A stretch of DNA of 63,485 bases, filler included, from Olpidium bornovanus S191 (GCA_017911155.1; 32 parts of 32 records of this genome joined end to end with filler, not necessarily neighbours in it); one strand, 5' to 3'. Counted from the whole stretch's first letter, positions 11,345-24,850 are shown. Numbers and translations: made by a program. The notes: generated by a model not told the origin, from the sequence alone.

Positions 11345-14104
11345 NNNNNNNNNNNNNNNNNNNNNNNNNNNNNNNNNNNNNNNNNNNNTTAATTAATTAA
11401 NNNNNNNNNNNNNNNNNNNNNNNNNNNNNNNNNNNNNNNNNNNNACGTGTCTAGACGCGTTGGCCGACGTGGGAGACACGGCCGTTGGGTCGTCACGGCA
11501 ACAACCTAAAACGTAAGACGAAAAAAATAAAAAAGGGTAATGAAACATGGGGGGACTGTTTGATAAGACAAAACAGAAAAAAAAGATTTGCGGAGAAAAA
11601 ACCATCCCTCCTCCCCTGTGCGGGGTGACACGTCAAATTTCATCTGCCTCACTCCCTCACCTCCCCCTTCCCCGGTCAAAACTGCCCCCCCACCCCTTCA
11701 GATTCGCCGGGAAATCTACCAGTCAAATCGCTTTATATACGATCTCGATTGTCCGGCCGGAATCAGCCTGTAACAGCGAACGCCTGTTAGCCGCGTTATT
11801 AACGTATACGGGGAGTCGCGGGTCTCGCTCTTATAGTTTTGGCTGCACTACAGATGGGCAAAAGAGTTATGTTAAGCTGCTCTGGAGCTTCAGCTGACTA
11901 GTTTTCTTTAGGCGCGAAGAATTGACGGATGCCTGCCTGCTTAGCCTCCTCTCATCTTTTGGCCTACAAGGTAGTGCTGGAGCACACGTGGCTCACGCGT
12001 CGAACTCTATGCCACGGCTCTCTTCTGCTCTAGGCCTGCAAGGAGCACGCCCGATTGCTTCTCCCGCCTGCAGGGCAGTCACAGCCTTGGGCTCCTCCTC
12101 ACCAGCCTCCGCTTTACCGGTTTCAGTTTCAGGCTTGTCTGCTCCAAGCATTTTGATCTCCGTGACTGCCTTCTCCTCCTGGCCACGTATTGATTGATTG
12201 ATTGGTTGTCGAACCCGGCCCTGATAACAGAACGTTAGAGGCCATGGTTGGTCTTTGGGCAGAAGGTCAGTTTGGTTGTGTGTGGTGTGAAACGGAGCGG
12301 GGGAAGCGCAAGTTCCCCGGTGGCCCGGCAACCCGGGATCCTCCTGTGGAGAGGCGCACTGGTCAATGCGTAGCCGTTTAGGGACTGAGGTCGGCGTCGA
12401 TTGGCAGGAACTGAGAACCTGGTTTGCCCTGATGATGGCTCGGGGTCGTTCGGTCGCCTGGAGGTCATCCTCGAGTTAGTCGGGCGTTGTTGTCGTTGGA
12501 ATCATGCGTGATTTAATGGGAACGCTCGCGAGAGGGCGGGAGACAGCATGGCCACTACGTCATACCGGTACACTCAGGGTGTCCCCAAACAAAGAAACTT
12601 AGGCATTGTTAGGGGGTGTCATGTCACTCCGGCAGAGCCGTTAGCCGGAGGTGGGGAGCGTTGTCGCCTGGTTGGCTGCAACCCTCCGCCCTTCAATCCG
12701 CAGTCGGATGATTGATGGCTTGACGCAGCAGCCAATTGCTNNNNNNNNNNNNNNNNNNNNNNNNNNNNNNNNNNNNNNNNNNNNTTAATTAATTAANNNN
12801 NNNNNNNNNNNNNNNNNNNNNNNNNNNNNNNNNNNNNNNNCATGTGCGCACGGGAAAGCGGAAACTGCGGGTTGGCCCTTGATGTGCAAAGCGCGGTAGT
12901 TGCGGGGTAGTTTGCGGCCGCGTCCCCGTCGTTTTCCAGGGGGGATTCGAGACCGGGGCCGTTGGCAATACGCAACAAAACGGATAAAATGTCTTACGGG
13001 GAACCGCTGCACCGGCGCAGGGAGGCGGCTGACTTTGGGATACCAGCGACGTATGAGTGCAACTCGGGAAAACGGCCCCCTGTCGGAAGCAGACCGACGG
13101 GCCTGCATGGGGCAGAGGTGTGGTAGGCTCGCACAATTTGCGAGGCCGGCACTGCGGACCTACCGAAGATGTCTGAAAAAGAACGCGGATCCTTCGATCC
13201 AGCTGCGCGCATCGTACGGTGCCCGGGACGCTTAGATTCTCCGACTAGTTTTTCGGCGATGCTTCAAACCAATAACAACCGTCAAGCTCGGGCACAAAAA
13301 GCAATCAAGAATCCAACTCTCCCGGGAAGGACTGATAGGTCTGCTCTTCTTCTCTTAACCCCGCGTGGGGGGGGGAACGGAATTTGGCTTGCTTTCCTGC
13401 TCGCAGAGTTATTTACAGTTTTTCAATCCGCGCGACTCCTGGTACGGGTAGAACTTGAAAAAAAAAAAAAAAAAACAAATGAATGCCGCCAAAAAAAAAC
13501 GTGATTTTGTTACCGGCACAAAACCGGATGACCTCGTCTAGAAAAATAACTGCCTACGCATATGTCGTTTCAATTCTTGCAGAGTTACAGGGGTTTGGCG
13601 AGAGAGTATTTGCGGTATAACGAAGGGCCAATCAAATAATAATGGCCTGAAGCCAGCGGTCCCTGGGCCACCCTGCCGTCACTGAAATCAGGAATGGCCC
13701 CTCCTCCCGCGCCCAAGGCGGAGTCGCCCCTGCAGCCTTTTCCTTTCACCCCCCCTCCCCCCCCCCATCTCGTGCGCAACCTGCCGGAAACCCGCAACGG
13801 AGGGGTTGGTTGGTTTCAGCTTTAAAACTGGCAAAAGCTGGCAACGAGAACACTGGGTGCTGCAAAGGTCCATGGCANNNNNNNNNNNNNNNNNNNNNNN
13901 NNNNNNNNNNNNNNNNNNNNNTTAATTAATTAANNNNNNNNNNNNNNNNNNNNNNNNNNNNNNNNNNNNNNNNNNNNAGCGTTGGCGCGGTGTCTTGTCG
14001 AGAACACGCTTGGCACTGCGGACAGGAATGTCGGAGGACCCGAGGTGGAAATGAGCGAACCGCGACAAAGGGACGCAGAGACAAGAAACCGGGACATGTC
14101 GGCC

Positions 14105-15793
14105 TCAGCCTTTCACACCTGCCACCAACCCCCCTGCAGCCCTAGCTCGGCTGTACGGCTTCCCGGCCTTTTTCGGCCCCTCGCCCTCCGCGAAGCCGGC
14201 CGCCGCGAGCATTGCCACCTCCTTGGCCCGTTTCTCCGCCGCTTTCTTATACCGCTCCAGCTCCTCGTCCTTCTGCGCTCGCATCGCGTCAACAGCCGGT
14301 TCCGGGTACTTGGCGCCCGTGGACGGGGAGGGCGCGGCAGCGTCCTCGCCGGCAGGCGCGGGTACCGCCTTTGGCGGGAACAGCTGCAGCATCTTCCCCC
14401 GCCACGCCCCCAGGGGAGGATTTCCCGGCGTCGGGCGTGGGGCGGGCCCGATGTTCGCGAAGGAATCCGCGCCGCTGTAGACGAAAAGCGGCTTGTTGTG
14501 GTCCACCTGGCAGACGTTGCCGCGCGGCGTGTTGGTCCTGAACGCGTAGTGGTTCAGCAGGCCCTTGGTCCGCGCGACCGACGGCTCGTCCTTGAGGCCG
14601 AAGAACACCAACGACGCCCCGTGGGTGTGCGCGACCGCGCGCAGGTACTTGCACACAACCTTGCGCTGCTCGGAATCAAAGTCGCGGAACACGTCGTGCT
14701 TCGTCCCGATGATCACCGCGGGCACCGGGAACGGCACGAGGTGGCCCAGGCCGCCGCCCCCAGCGAGGTCGGCGTGTTCCGGGCCGAAGCGTTTTAACGC
14801 GTGGGCCCGCAGCGCCTTCGGCCGCTTGGAACCGCGCTTCTCCAGCGAGTCCAGGATCCGGTTGACTTCCTTGGCCAGCTTGTCGAGCAGAGTGTCGACG
14901 AGGGGCACGATTTCGTTGAGCTGTACGTTGTTATTGCGAAGGGGGGGGGTGGTGGTAAGGGGGAACAGGCAGATTTAGTTGGCGGGTGGGAGGGAGAAAC
15001 GGCGGCTGTTGAGGACGCGCGCGCGCGTTCCTCTTCGCCTTGATGACGACGGTGATGGTTGATAATAATTGGTATTGATGATGGATGGTGATGATGGATG
15101 ATGGCGAAGGGTGATGATATGGATGCACTTGCACCTGCGACAGATCCAGAACCAGCGTAACGGCCGAGTGGTGGATGTTCGACTCGGCCAGCGGAATCGA
15201 CGCCAGGTCGATCAGCGACGTCCCGCCCGCTGCCCCGGAAAGAGGCGGAAGTACCATCCCCCCCCCCCCCGAGAAAAGAAAACGGCGCCTCCGTTATCAG
15301 TCCCCAGCGCCAAGCGTCGTTTGACCCTCACAACCGGATCCCGTTCAAAACGCGTTTGCAGGCACGCACCGAGCTCCCAGATGTGTGCAACGTCCTTGAC
15401 GCTGTTCGCCGCCCTCGAACGCCGTCCAAAGCTGGCAATGCGAAAGTATCGTAACCGGTTTCGTTTGTTGGTCGGCAAACTCGAAAGGGGGGGGGGGGGG
15501 GTACGTGTGTGTGGGGGGGAATCGTTCAACTGCGGGCCGTAACTCACGTGTACTCAAGTCCAATGGTCGGCGACGGGGTCTCGGCTGTAGGGCACAAGTC
15601 CCGCGAACCGGGCAGCAGCCAGTTAAGCCCGTTTGCCCCCCCTCCCTGCGACGCCCAAACCCCTTCGCGGCCAAGCGGGGTGGGGGGCGGTGTTGAACTC
15701 TCGCACTGCCGCTTACCCCTTTCGAGAAATCGAATGATAACGGAGGACTTGCCCGAGCTCTTTCCGCCGACAAAAATCACAGTTGTCTCCATG
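14105..15793 (-). CDS. DYNC2LI1: Cytoplasmic dynein-2 light intermediate chain (IFT dynein), 5 exons
   Basis: P-loop-like VIFVGGKSSGKSSVIIRFL, then PTIGLEYTFGRRS, KDVAHIWELG.GTSL, LVLDLSQ, LVPFPVPAVIIGTKHDVFRDFDSEQRKVVCKYLRAVAH and DHNKPLFVYSGADSFANIG. All are D2LIC hallmarks, with GT-AG introns between them. Confidence 0.93.
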
Positions 15794-16662
15794 NNNNNNN
15801 NNNNNNNNNNNNNNNNNNNNNNNNNNNNNNNNNNNNNTTAATTAATTAANNNNNNNNNNNNNNNNNNNNNNNNNNNNNNNNNNNNNNNNNNNNATGCCCC
15901 CAGTGGCAACGCCCATCGGCCCAGGCGCCGATGGATTCAGACGGGGGCAATTGATAGATAGCTCAAACGCCAAAAACCACACGGGGTAGAGACTTGAGAG
16001 GGCAGATGGACATTGCTGCGCATTTTTGAGTGACCGTGCGAGTTGAGAGCGCCAGGCGTGGCGGGATGTAAAAAAAAAGGGCGCCCCTCTTAGTCTCCCG
16101 GGCGCATTCGCACTACCACGCACGAACCTCCTTTCCATGTGCCGTAGAGTTCCCAGAAGTCCCAACATGCAAAATGGCCTGGAGGGCAGATGGCCCCCCC
16201 CCCAAAAGAAAAAACATCGAAGAAAGTTCCCCTGACACGCCTTCTCGTTTCCGTTGCGCCCGGCGACGTTGTGTCCCCTTTCGCGGCTCCAGAACGACAC
16301 CCATCCCCCACCCCATCGAATCACGCTCCCGAGGGCCGTGCGCGGATCAAAAGTTTGGCGAAAGGCAGAGCAGCCTCGCAGGATTCCGAACGCGGGCCGA
16401 CGCGGGGGAACACGGCGCAGCCGGCCGCCCGTCCAAAATTTGCGCCCAGAAAAGGCCAGCGAGAGAGGTCACCGTCCACGAGACGGTCGCAAAGGCTCAA
16501 AGAGATTCGGAAACACTCAGACCAGGCGACTCTGTTGGGAAGTTACCCGACGCCGCCTACACGGCGCGGAAACACCCGGTCCGGTGAAAAAAAAAACCCC
16601 CGTTTTCCAAAGATGTTACGGGGGGGGGTTGGGGATGCAGGGACGGACAACACAAGATACCC

Positions 16663-17310
16663 TTATCTAAACATTCGCTGGTACAAGCATTTTTCTTTTT
16701 CCTGCGCGTCCGCTTTCGCCTTGCGAATACGGGCGAGCAGAGTCTTCAGTTCGGCGGCGTCAGGATTGGAAGCGGTGGCGTTAACCCCTTCTTCCACGGC
16801 CTGCACCGCGCGATCGAACTCGGACATGGCCAAGTACGCCTGGCCGCGCAGGTAGTAGGCCTTGACGTTTAGTGGATCGGATTTGAGCACCTGGAAAAAG
16901 GAATAGGGCCGAATCACATCAGTCCCTCGTGGCCTGTAGACGGGCCCGGCCAGCCGCATCTGCCGCATCCTCCTCCCCTCCCCGCTTCTCCCCACGCCGT
17001 TCAACGTCGATAAAAAAAATCAGGGACCGGGTCCGCCGCGGAACCCCCTGCTCACAGCATCGCTCCACTTGACCGCGGCGTTGTTCTCGCCGAGCTTGAG
17101 GCAACACACGGCGAGGTTTCTCTCTACGGCGGCGGTCAGCGCCTTGCGTTCATCTTCGGACACGGATTCCGCGTCCTCGGCTTCGGACACATGGGTCGAC
17201 GCGCTCGTGTACGCAGCTTTGGCCGCGGCGAATTTACCGTCTCGGAAAGCGCGGTTGCCCTCCTCGCGCTTGCTCTTAGCCGCCGCCCAGTGCTGCTCGG
17301 GAGTCTCCGC
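16663..17310 (-). CDS. TPR-domain C-terminus of an FKBP/Cyp40-type immunophilin co-chaperone (exons 17310-17056, 16890-16663)
   Basis: KREEGNRAFRDGKFAAAKAAY...NLAVCCLKLG...DPLNVKAYYLRGQAYL...KEKCLYQRMFR* is a 3-TPR array ending in the KEK.lY..MF tail of FKBP4/5-like proteins. Confidence 0.85.
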
Positions 17311-17410
17311 NNNNNNNNNNNNNNNNNNNNNNNNNNNNNNNNNNNNNNNNNNNNTTAATTAATTAANNNNNNNNNNNNNNNNNNNNNNNNNNNNNNNNNN
17401 NNNNNNNNNN

Positions 17411-18384
17411 CATGCCCTCCGCTTAGCGTGGGACGTCCTGGCAGCGCCGCTCGGTAAATCTTATTTATTTCTTTTGAGTTTAAAAGATTTTCCCCGCCGG
17501 TCGCCCCAACCGGGAATTGCGGATTGTGCTTTCCGGGCAAGACCGTTCCTTGAGAGACCACCTAAACCGCTCCTTTTTGCAGGAATCCGGACTCTTGACC
17601 CGGCCGACCCGGGATATCGGCCCAACTACCACAACGCAGTCGACAGTCACGATCCCAGCGTCGCAAAGGGCCGGAATTACCACGAAGGGCCCGTAGGTTT
17701 TTTGACAACTCCCCCCCCTTTTTCCCTTTCCCCGCCGGCGTTGGTCACGAGGGTTTTCCGCGTGCGCGCGCGAATCCCGCGTTTTTTTTTTTTGTTTTTT
17801 TTTTTTGTTTTTTTTGGTCTAACAGGTGGCGGGGGTTTGAACGCGCGTCACGCCAGGAATGGCTCTGGGTGATGGGGTACTTTCTGAGGGCAGTTTTGCA
17901 TTACGAGGCCTCGTACGGCGAAGGAAAGTCAGACGTAAGTTCCCCGCTGACAGGCCAAACCGTTGGCCGATGATTTTTTTTTTTTTTTTTTGTTTCCGTC
18001 GTCTTCACGGAAACACTGAACCGCGGGTGGTCCCCGACTTCAAACGAACGCAACGCAGATCGTGGGGACGATCCACAGGATTCAAAGGCGACTTGTCGGG
18101 CACCGCAAGCTGATCGAATTGTCACCGTGGGCGGGACTGCCGGAGCTCACCAATAAAGACGGGGTGTTCTGCGCGGACTCTTGCTCGGTAATGCGGAAAG
18201 TCTCCTTTGGTCGATAACGTTCGGTTCCGGTCCTGAGTTAACCTGCTGGATTTTTATTTCTATTTTTTCCAACGATGAATCCTCCGTCCCCGAATAATAG
18301 TCACAAGCCTGGTCAACCGCGACGCTTCTGGAGCTGATGGACGACATGACCAGGCTTTACGACAATGCCACCAAGAACGCTTAA
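17411..18384 (+). CDS. GDB1: Glycogen debranching enzyme, C-terminal exons (17411-17453, 17583-17692, 17857-17934, 18059-18187, 18301-18384)
   Basis: Spliced translation contains [54 protein letters not shown].DSC and SQAWSTATLLE, matching the AGL/Gdb1 glucosidase C-terminus. Confidence 0.95.
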
Positions 18385-18740
18385 GGGAGCAGGACACGCC
18401 TGGGCACCAAAAAAAAAGAAAATAAAATAAAAAGAAAGAAGAAAGGGGGGAAGTGTTCACAATCCGGCACCAAAAATTTAACTTTCGAATCTGCAGGATG
18501 CAGTGGATCGTGATATCCATCATAACCAAATAAAAAGCACCCGAAGTCATCCGAGCTTCCAGTATGTCGTTCGAAAGGTCCGCCGCGTTTGGGTTCCGGG
18601 GAACGGATTTTGTTTCGTTTTAAAGAAGCAGTCGGACATGNNNNNNNNNNNNNNNNNNNNNNNNNNNNNNNNNNNNNNNNNNNNTTAATTAATTAANNNN
18701 NNNNNNNNNNNNNNNNNNNNNNNNNNNNNNNNNNNNNNNN

Positions 18741-19454
18741 CTCCTTGACTAGATTATCGAAGGGCAGCATGCCCGCCGCCATCCCACCGCCGACCAGGTT
18801 GTCCAGCATTCCCGGATACGTCGTCTTGGACCTACTGCGCCTAGATATCCACATCTTGAGCTCCCCGGATTCCAGCCGGACGTATCCATTCAGGTGACAG
18901 CCATACGAGCGAATCCCCAGCAATCCAGCTGCAGCGCGCTCGCACAGGAATAAAGGCTTCCGTTGAGCAGAGGCGCCGGAGTGGCCTTTGCTCCGTTCCT
19001 CGCCGCTATCCAGAAATTGGTCTCCGCCCGCGGTTTCCCCAAGCACGGCACTTGTCACTTGTTTGCATCCTGCCGTTGCCTTCAGAACCGTGAGCGCGAT
19101 CCCAACTTCGCCTTCCTCTGATCCGTACACCGCGTAGACTTCGTCTCGCCACCCTCGCAAGCACGAGTACTTGTTCCCCGCGCGGAGCTGCCGGAAGAAG
19201 TTGTCAATTGCGGCCGAACGGAGGTCCGGCGTGCTGAGACTCGCCGCAATTCGCACGGCGTCTTCTCGAACCTGGAACGTGGCAAGGTCCTTCTTAACGT
19301 CTTCAAGCACGCGCGGACTGACGAACCCAACCAGCGTGTCGTGCTCGCCGACGCGCAAAGGTAACCCTCTCTCCTCCGACGGAGAGCGCACGACTTCGAG
19401 TTCCAGTTCTGGCGTGAAGGAGTCGGCCAGTTTTACGACGTCCAGAAGCGACAT
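18741..19454 (-). CDS. Nudix-family hydrolase of the YJR142W/NUDT20-like type, 5' part
   Basis: LRGWRDEVYAVYG, ERAAAGLLGIRSYGCHLNGYV and MWISRRSRSKTTYPGMLDNLVGGG are typical of this subfamily. The contig ends before the Nudix box is complete. Confidence 0.88.
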
Positions 19455-19734
19455 CGACTTCTGCCGCGCCGCGACCGGTGGCGCCGGCGGCGCTCGTGGT
19501 CAGACGCGCAGCCGCAATGCCGCCAACAAAACACGCTAATCGCGGACAGCAGGGCGCATTCGACGCGCCCTTGGGATGGGTTGAAGCCAGCAGGGCTGGG
19601 CCGCAGGCAGGCGGCGTTCTGCTGGTTCGCGCTCGCCGTGCTCGGTCTTCAACGTCGGTCCCCAGGCCTCTCCTACCGTTAAGCCGTTTCCGCTTTCCAG
19701 ATGGATCAATTTCATGAATAAAAATTGAAAGCCA

Positions 19735-20496
19735 CTAACTTGCGCTGCAAAAAATCCGAGCCTTGCTAAACAACAGGGGGAAGTGATTCGCGCGAGGGTT
19801 GATGACAGTCACGTTGAAAGAAGCAATTGGATTGGGCGTTTCACAGTGAAACAGCGACACGACCGCAAACAAGGAAAAAAGGAGTTTTTCGAGGCTCGAA
19901 TGTGGGGTTGTGCAGAATGCGAAAAGGATAAAATCAATGATATAATCCCAGTGTGGGGGATCACAATCAGCATACGTTTGAAGGGCGTTTACGAGCGTTC
20001 GGCTAAAGCACTCCACTTGGCAAAAGATAGACGCTTTGATGAAAGTGCCAGCGACGGTTACAGCTGATTTATTGGAAAGCGCGACGGCTTCAGGCCATTT
20101 CATAAATGTATCCAGCATGACGAGGATGTACATATTCAAAGCTTCTGTTTCGGTGAACGGACCGACGAGGTCAATCAATACATCTGTGGAGGCAGACTGC
20201 GGTTAAACGAATCAAAGCTGTGTGGTTGTTGTCGGAGGGCGTGGTTTTTGCATCTGGCGAAGCACGCATGATTTAACATATTATTTCACAGTGACATACA
20301 TGCCAGGCCAGTAATAGTTCTGGCGCAAGAAAGCAGTTGTTCGCGTGGAATTGAGGTGGCCAGAGAGCCGATGGTCATGGTGCAGGGCAATGATTACTTG
20401 ATGCACCAACATCGGGATGATGGTTGGAAGGACCGTAATTCCGCGCAATGGGCAATAATGTTGATGGTCAAGCAGTCCCTTGACATCGCGCAGCGC
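19735..20496 (-). mobile_element. Ty3/Gypsy integrase relic (rve core with internal deletion)
   Basis: IDLVGPFTET...YILVMLDTFMKWPEAVALSNKSAVTVA and WD..ID.ILFAFCTTPHSS match the Gypsy integrase core. The D(35)E region is missing. Confidence 0.8.
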
Positions 20497-20734
20497 NNNN
20501 NNNNNNNNNNNNNNNNNNNNNNNNNNNNNNNNNNNNNNNNTTAATTAATTAANNNNNNNNNNNNNNNNNNNNNNNNNNNNNNNNNNNNNNNNNNNNCATG
20601 AAAATAATTATCTACATCTCTACCCGTTCTACTCATTGCCCCGAAAATGCTGCCACAAAGGCCGCCGGCGCTTGTCGACACGGCTTTTCCGGGAAATGTA
20701 TACGACCACAAATGCGAAAAATGAATGACCTTTC

Positions 20735-22567
20735 CTACTGTGAAAACCCAGCGAGCCGCTCGCCGATGCCGTCACCAGAGAAGTCTTGACGCCAGAGGGC
20801 CTCGCGGACGTAAGGACGATTTAGGGCGCAACTTCGCGGACAGGTATACACAAGGAGCGTACCCCAGTCTAGGGCTTGCGGATCCGAGTTGTCAATGGGA
20901 AGATGTGTAAGTGCCTGAGGGAGAATCTGAGCCAATTAGGGCGGCCAAGGGGTTTTGACGTTCGCGTTAGCGTTTTGGCCGACAATAGTACGAAAACATA
21001 GAAGTCCCCTTTCTCACCTGGAATTCAAACTCTCTCGGCTCCCCGCACACGTCGCAGACAGGGACGTCGCAGAGTTCCACAATTTCTTCTTCCTCGTCTT
21101 CCCTCCGTTCCCCGTCATCGCCGTCTGCTCCTCGCCACCGCTGCTGAACGCGCGGTTTACCATTTTCGCTGACCCAGAGGGGCTCCGGCGCCTCACACTC
21201 ATCCGGCCCCTGCTCCTCATCGGCAATCCTGGCATACCGCAACACCTGGTCAGGGTACCGGGAAACCCGTTTTTGAAACTTTAGGAAAACGGGGTCGACC
21301 TCGACCTTCGTTTTCTCGTATCCGCCGTCGGCAACATTGAGCGAGAGCAGCGACCCAGCTGGCGAGAAAGAAAATTTTGTCATCCGAGTGGTGGAGACTT
21401 CCGCGGGAGCGTAACTTCGCGAACAAAAAAAAACGCAGAACGGCGCATTCCCTTACATTCAAAATTCATCGGCGGCGCGTTCGCGTCCGCGTCACCCCCG
21501 ACTCCTTGATCCCCTTCCCCCTCCTCCAGGTCTTCGAGCTCGCACGCAATCTCCATTGGCGGGAAGACCGCCTGCACTAGCATTCGCTCTTCCATTCGCA
21601 CCACGCTCGTTGGCCGGGCGACTTCGTCGATGCCGCACAGCTTGCGGTGGCAGGCCGTCGTCCAGTGGAACGCCTGGTGCTCTCGGGAGCAGTATCGCGA
21701 TGCGTGGCATTTTGAGCAGCATTTCGGGCCCGCCAGACCACAAACAACGCACAAGGCAGCTAGACAACGTTGTGAACGCAAGTTTTGTAATAGAGGAGCG
21801 GAATTGGCGTGTTGTACGAAAAATTGTGATTGAACTTTTACGCCCGTAAAAGCCAAAAGGAGTATACCAGGTCGGACATCCTGTTTCGGAACCGTAAGGT
21901 TTTCTAAACCGGCGGGGGCCTCCTTCTCTTCCCAAAAGTCATTTACGCGCGGCAGTTGGCTCCGGTAGACGCGGAAGCTGTCGGAAAGGGGAAGCGGGGA
22001 GAGGGATGAGCATGCGGCTTTCTTGCCAAGCCCAATTCTGCCGGTTGCCTAACCCCGGGCGCCCTCAAAGAGCTGGGCAACTCACCACTCCCTCCAATCA
22101 ATTTTGTGGCACTTCCCAGTCCGGCAGCAGAACACGTGGACCATCCTGTGATATGACGGATCGTCCGGGTCGTCCCTGGGCGTGTAGAGCTGCAGGAGGA
22201 AGGCCATCGGCGCGGAGCAGACCCCGCACGCCACGTCGGCGGCGGCAAGCGGTCGGGTCGGGTCCAACCAGGTCGGCTTCCCGCCCAGCTTGCTCGGAAA
22301 GGCACTCTCGTCGTCCGCCTGGACACCGCGCGGGGCGGTCGGGTAGCTCACGGTCCGCGCGTCGGCCCGGTTGGGGCTGTCCGGCTTTCGCCCGCGCGGC
22401 GCCGCCGGCGGCCTCCCGCCTCCTGCCCGCGTCTCCTCGCCCTCCTCGGCCTGCTTCCCCTCGCTGTCCTTTCCGGCGCCATCGCGGCTTCTTCGCACCG
22501 GGAAAGGCTCCAGGAAGCCGAGCTCAACCTGAACCCTTCTGGACGAGGGCGTCCTAGCGGAAACCAT
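20735..22567 (-). CDS. PDCD2: PDCD2/Tsr4-family protein (PDCD2_N, MYND zinc finger, PDCD2_C), multi-exon
   Basis: FPSKLGGKPTWLD, CGVC..PMAFLLQLY, MYND finger CVVCG...CSKCH..RYCSREHQAFHW...H...C, FLKFQKRVSRYPDQVLRY, C..CG..REFEFQ and DWGTLLVYTC..SC. Confidence 0.93.
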
Positions 22568-24358
22568 CTACGGAGCGGCGCGGTGGCGGGCGGGGGGCCC
22601 GGGAGGGGGGAGGAGATTCTGTTCGGCCGTCGGTCGTCGTGGTCTGCGGATCCTTTCGACCTCGGCTGCGCGGCAACTTGCAAAAAAAATTCGGCCGAAA
22701 TTCCCGAGGTCCCCCTTTCCTCCCTCTCACCCTCAGTGGCAAAGCGAATTTCCCACGCGACAGGCGGAGACCGGCGCGGTCGGGAGGGAAGCTTCCTTCT
22801 GCAGCCATGAGACGCAGAGAGGGCGGAAGAGGGCGCGCGAGAGAAAGACTGCGGCGGAGAAGTTTGCCGGCGGAGGGAGGGGTTGCTGAGCTAGAGTCAA
22901 ACTCGGAAGGGGCGGGGAGGAATTCCAAAGAGGACCGTCCGACGTGAAGTGCCCGCCCCCCCCGCCATGAAAGCTCATGTAACCGTACTACTGAAAAAAA
23001 AGAGAGAAAGGGAGATAGAGAGAGAGCGAAAGGCAACACGAGACACGGGCTCGAGGGTGCTTTTGTCTGCTTCGCAGGGCCACTCAGTGGACTAGTGCGG
23101 CGTGTGTGGAAAGAATAAAGGGAAGGCCGCCGAGGGCGAGGCGGGTCGTTCTAGATAGTCTTGAAGGCAGAGCGCCGTGGCGGAGAGACCCGGCGAGAAA
23201 TTCGGTGCAGCTGATTCATTGAGCCAATGCGTTAATTCGCAAGTTTAAAGGGTAATTCGCGACGTGTTTAGAAAGCAATAAGCAGTGAAGTCGTGGGGAG
23301 CGCGACGTAGACGTGTGGAGCGGAGAAGATGGGAGGGAAGCGCGACGATAAAAGACGCACCCTCTCTTGAAAGCCGCCGGCTCCCCGAAGCCCACGTCGA
23401 AAACCGAGTACGCTAAGTTCGACGCTGAGAGAGAAGAAGAGAAGCGGAGATCGCAGAGCGATGGCGTGTCGAGGATTGGAGAAGAGAAAGGTCCAGCCCG
23501 GCCCCCGCGGCCCATACCACATCAACTGTTCACTCAGAGTCGTTTTTGGGTCTACCGCCCGAAGACGAGCTTCGGAGGAAGCTGCGAGCAAGAGCGTGAA
23601 GAAGGGGAGAGCGATGGTGCTGATAACACGGGTGTTGCGGTGTAAATGCCGAGGACGAAGTCAAAAGATGACGACAACACAAATAGACGGCGCATGTTCT
23701 TCTTCGTTCTTGGGTGTTTGCATTTTGGGACGCGAGGGACGCAGCGACGGATGCACCACCCACCAAAGCCAGGGGCAGATCGCAGAGCACATCCTACGGT
23801 ATGCAGAACACATTTTGTCAGATTACCAGTAGAACCTGGTGATAAAACCCAGCAGTATGTAAGCGGCAGACAGGCATCGGGTGCTGCTGGGGGTATTAAC
23901 TGTAATCGATAAAATTGGGAATACAGATCTTTTTGCTACCTTGCTAACTTACCTAACAGACAATACAGAAGCGTGCCATATCATCCTTTCTAACCACAAC
24001 CATTACTGTGGCCGCCCCAGGGGAAAACAGCTGGGACAATGGGTCCAGCTGCATCCCGCCCGTCCGTTTTTCAATGTGTCGTCCATGCTGTGGTAGAACA
24101 AATTTAGGTTACACGCCACCTGTGTTCAATACAATATCACACAATTGCCAAGCACAACTGCCGTAAAAGCCCCTCAACTGTACAGTTAAAACGCCGCCGC
24201 AACNNNNNNNNNNNNNNNNNNNNNNNNNNNNNNNNNNNNNNNNNNNNTTAATTAATTAANNNNNNNNNNNNNNNNNNNNNNNNNNNNNNNNNNNNNNNNN
24301 NNNCATGCCACAACCGCGACCATAGAAAACCCCTTCTCAAAGGAAATAAAAAGGATTT

Positions 24359-24850
24359 TTGGTTTGGGTGTCGGATGACGACAGGCCGTCACCCTCGAAG
24401 CCGATTTTCTTGGCTAACATTGAGCTGTCGAATGAACTGCCGTCCCCAATCCGCGTGAACGTCGCAAACATTGCGCCGAAGGACCAAATTACAAAGGACT
24501 GGATCATTCCCAAAGGACGACTCGACAAACAACCTGTCGTCTGCGCGTTGAACACCATGTGTGGTGCCACCGTGTTCCATCGACGACTCGCCCCGCGAAC
24601 GGCACGTCAGACCGACGCAGCCCTGGAATTTGCCGATGGAAGTATAACGGAAGTCGATGCCTCCTTGACGATATCCCGTTGGAGATTACGGACGACACCG
24701 GGTTTACTTTGAATTGCAAGACCGTTTACTTTGCAGGCATCGGTCACCATGATGCAATCCTCGGATTACCGTGGATGAAAAGACGCATTGCATCAGTAAC
24801 GCTCGAACCACAACGCGTAGTCCTATACCGCAGGACCACAGCGAGCCCGG
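24359..24850 (+). mobile_element. Degenerate Ty3/Gypsy retropepsin-region relic
   Basis: FADGSITEVD followed, after a frameshift, by TVYFAGIGHHDAILGLPWMKR, which resembles the Gypsy protease C-terminal DaILG.pWL motif. Confidence 0.5.

Noticed and set aside
12429-12435. CTGATGA as a hammerhead ribozyme core
   Set aside because: No downstream GAAA and no supporting stems.
12611-12627. AGGGGGTGTCATGTCAC as a Gypsy polypurine tract plus LTR start
   Set aside because: No recognisable pol or chromodomain upstream in this contig, so it is unsupported.
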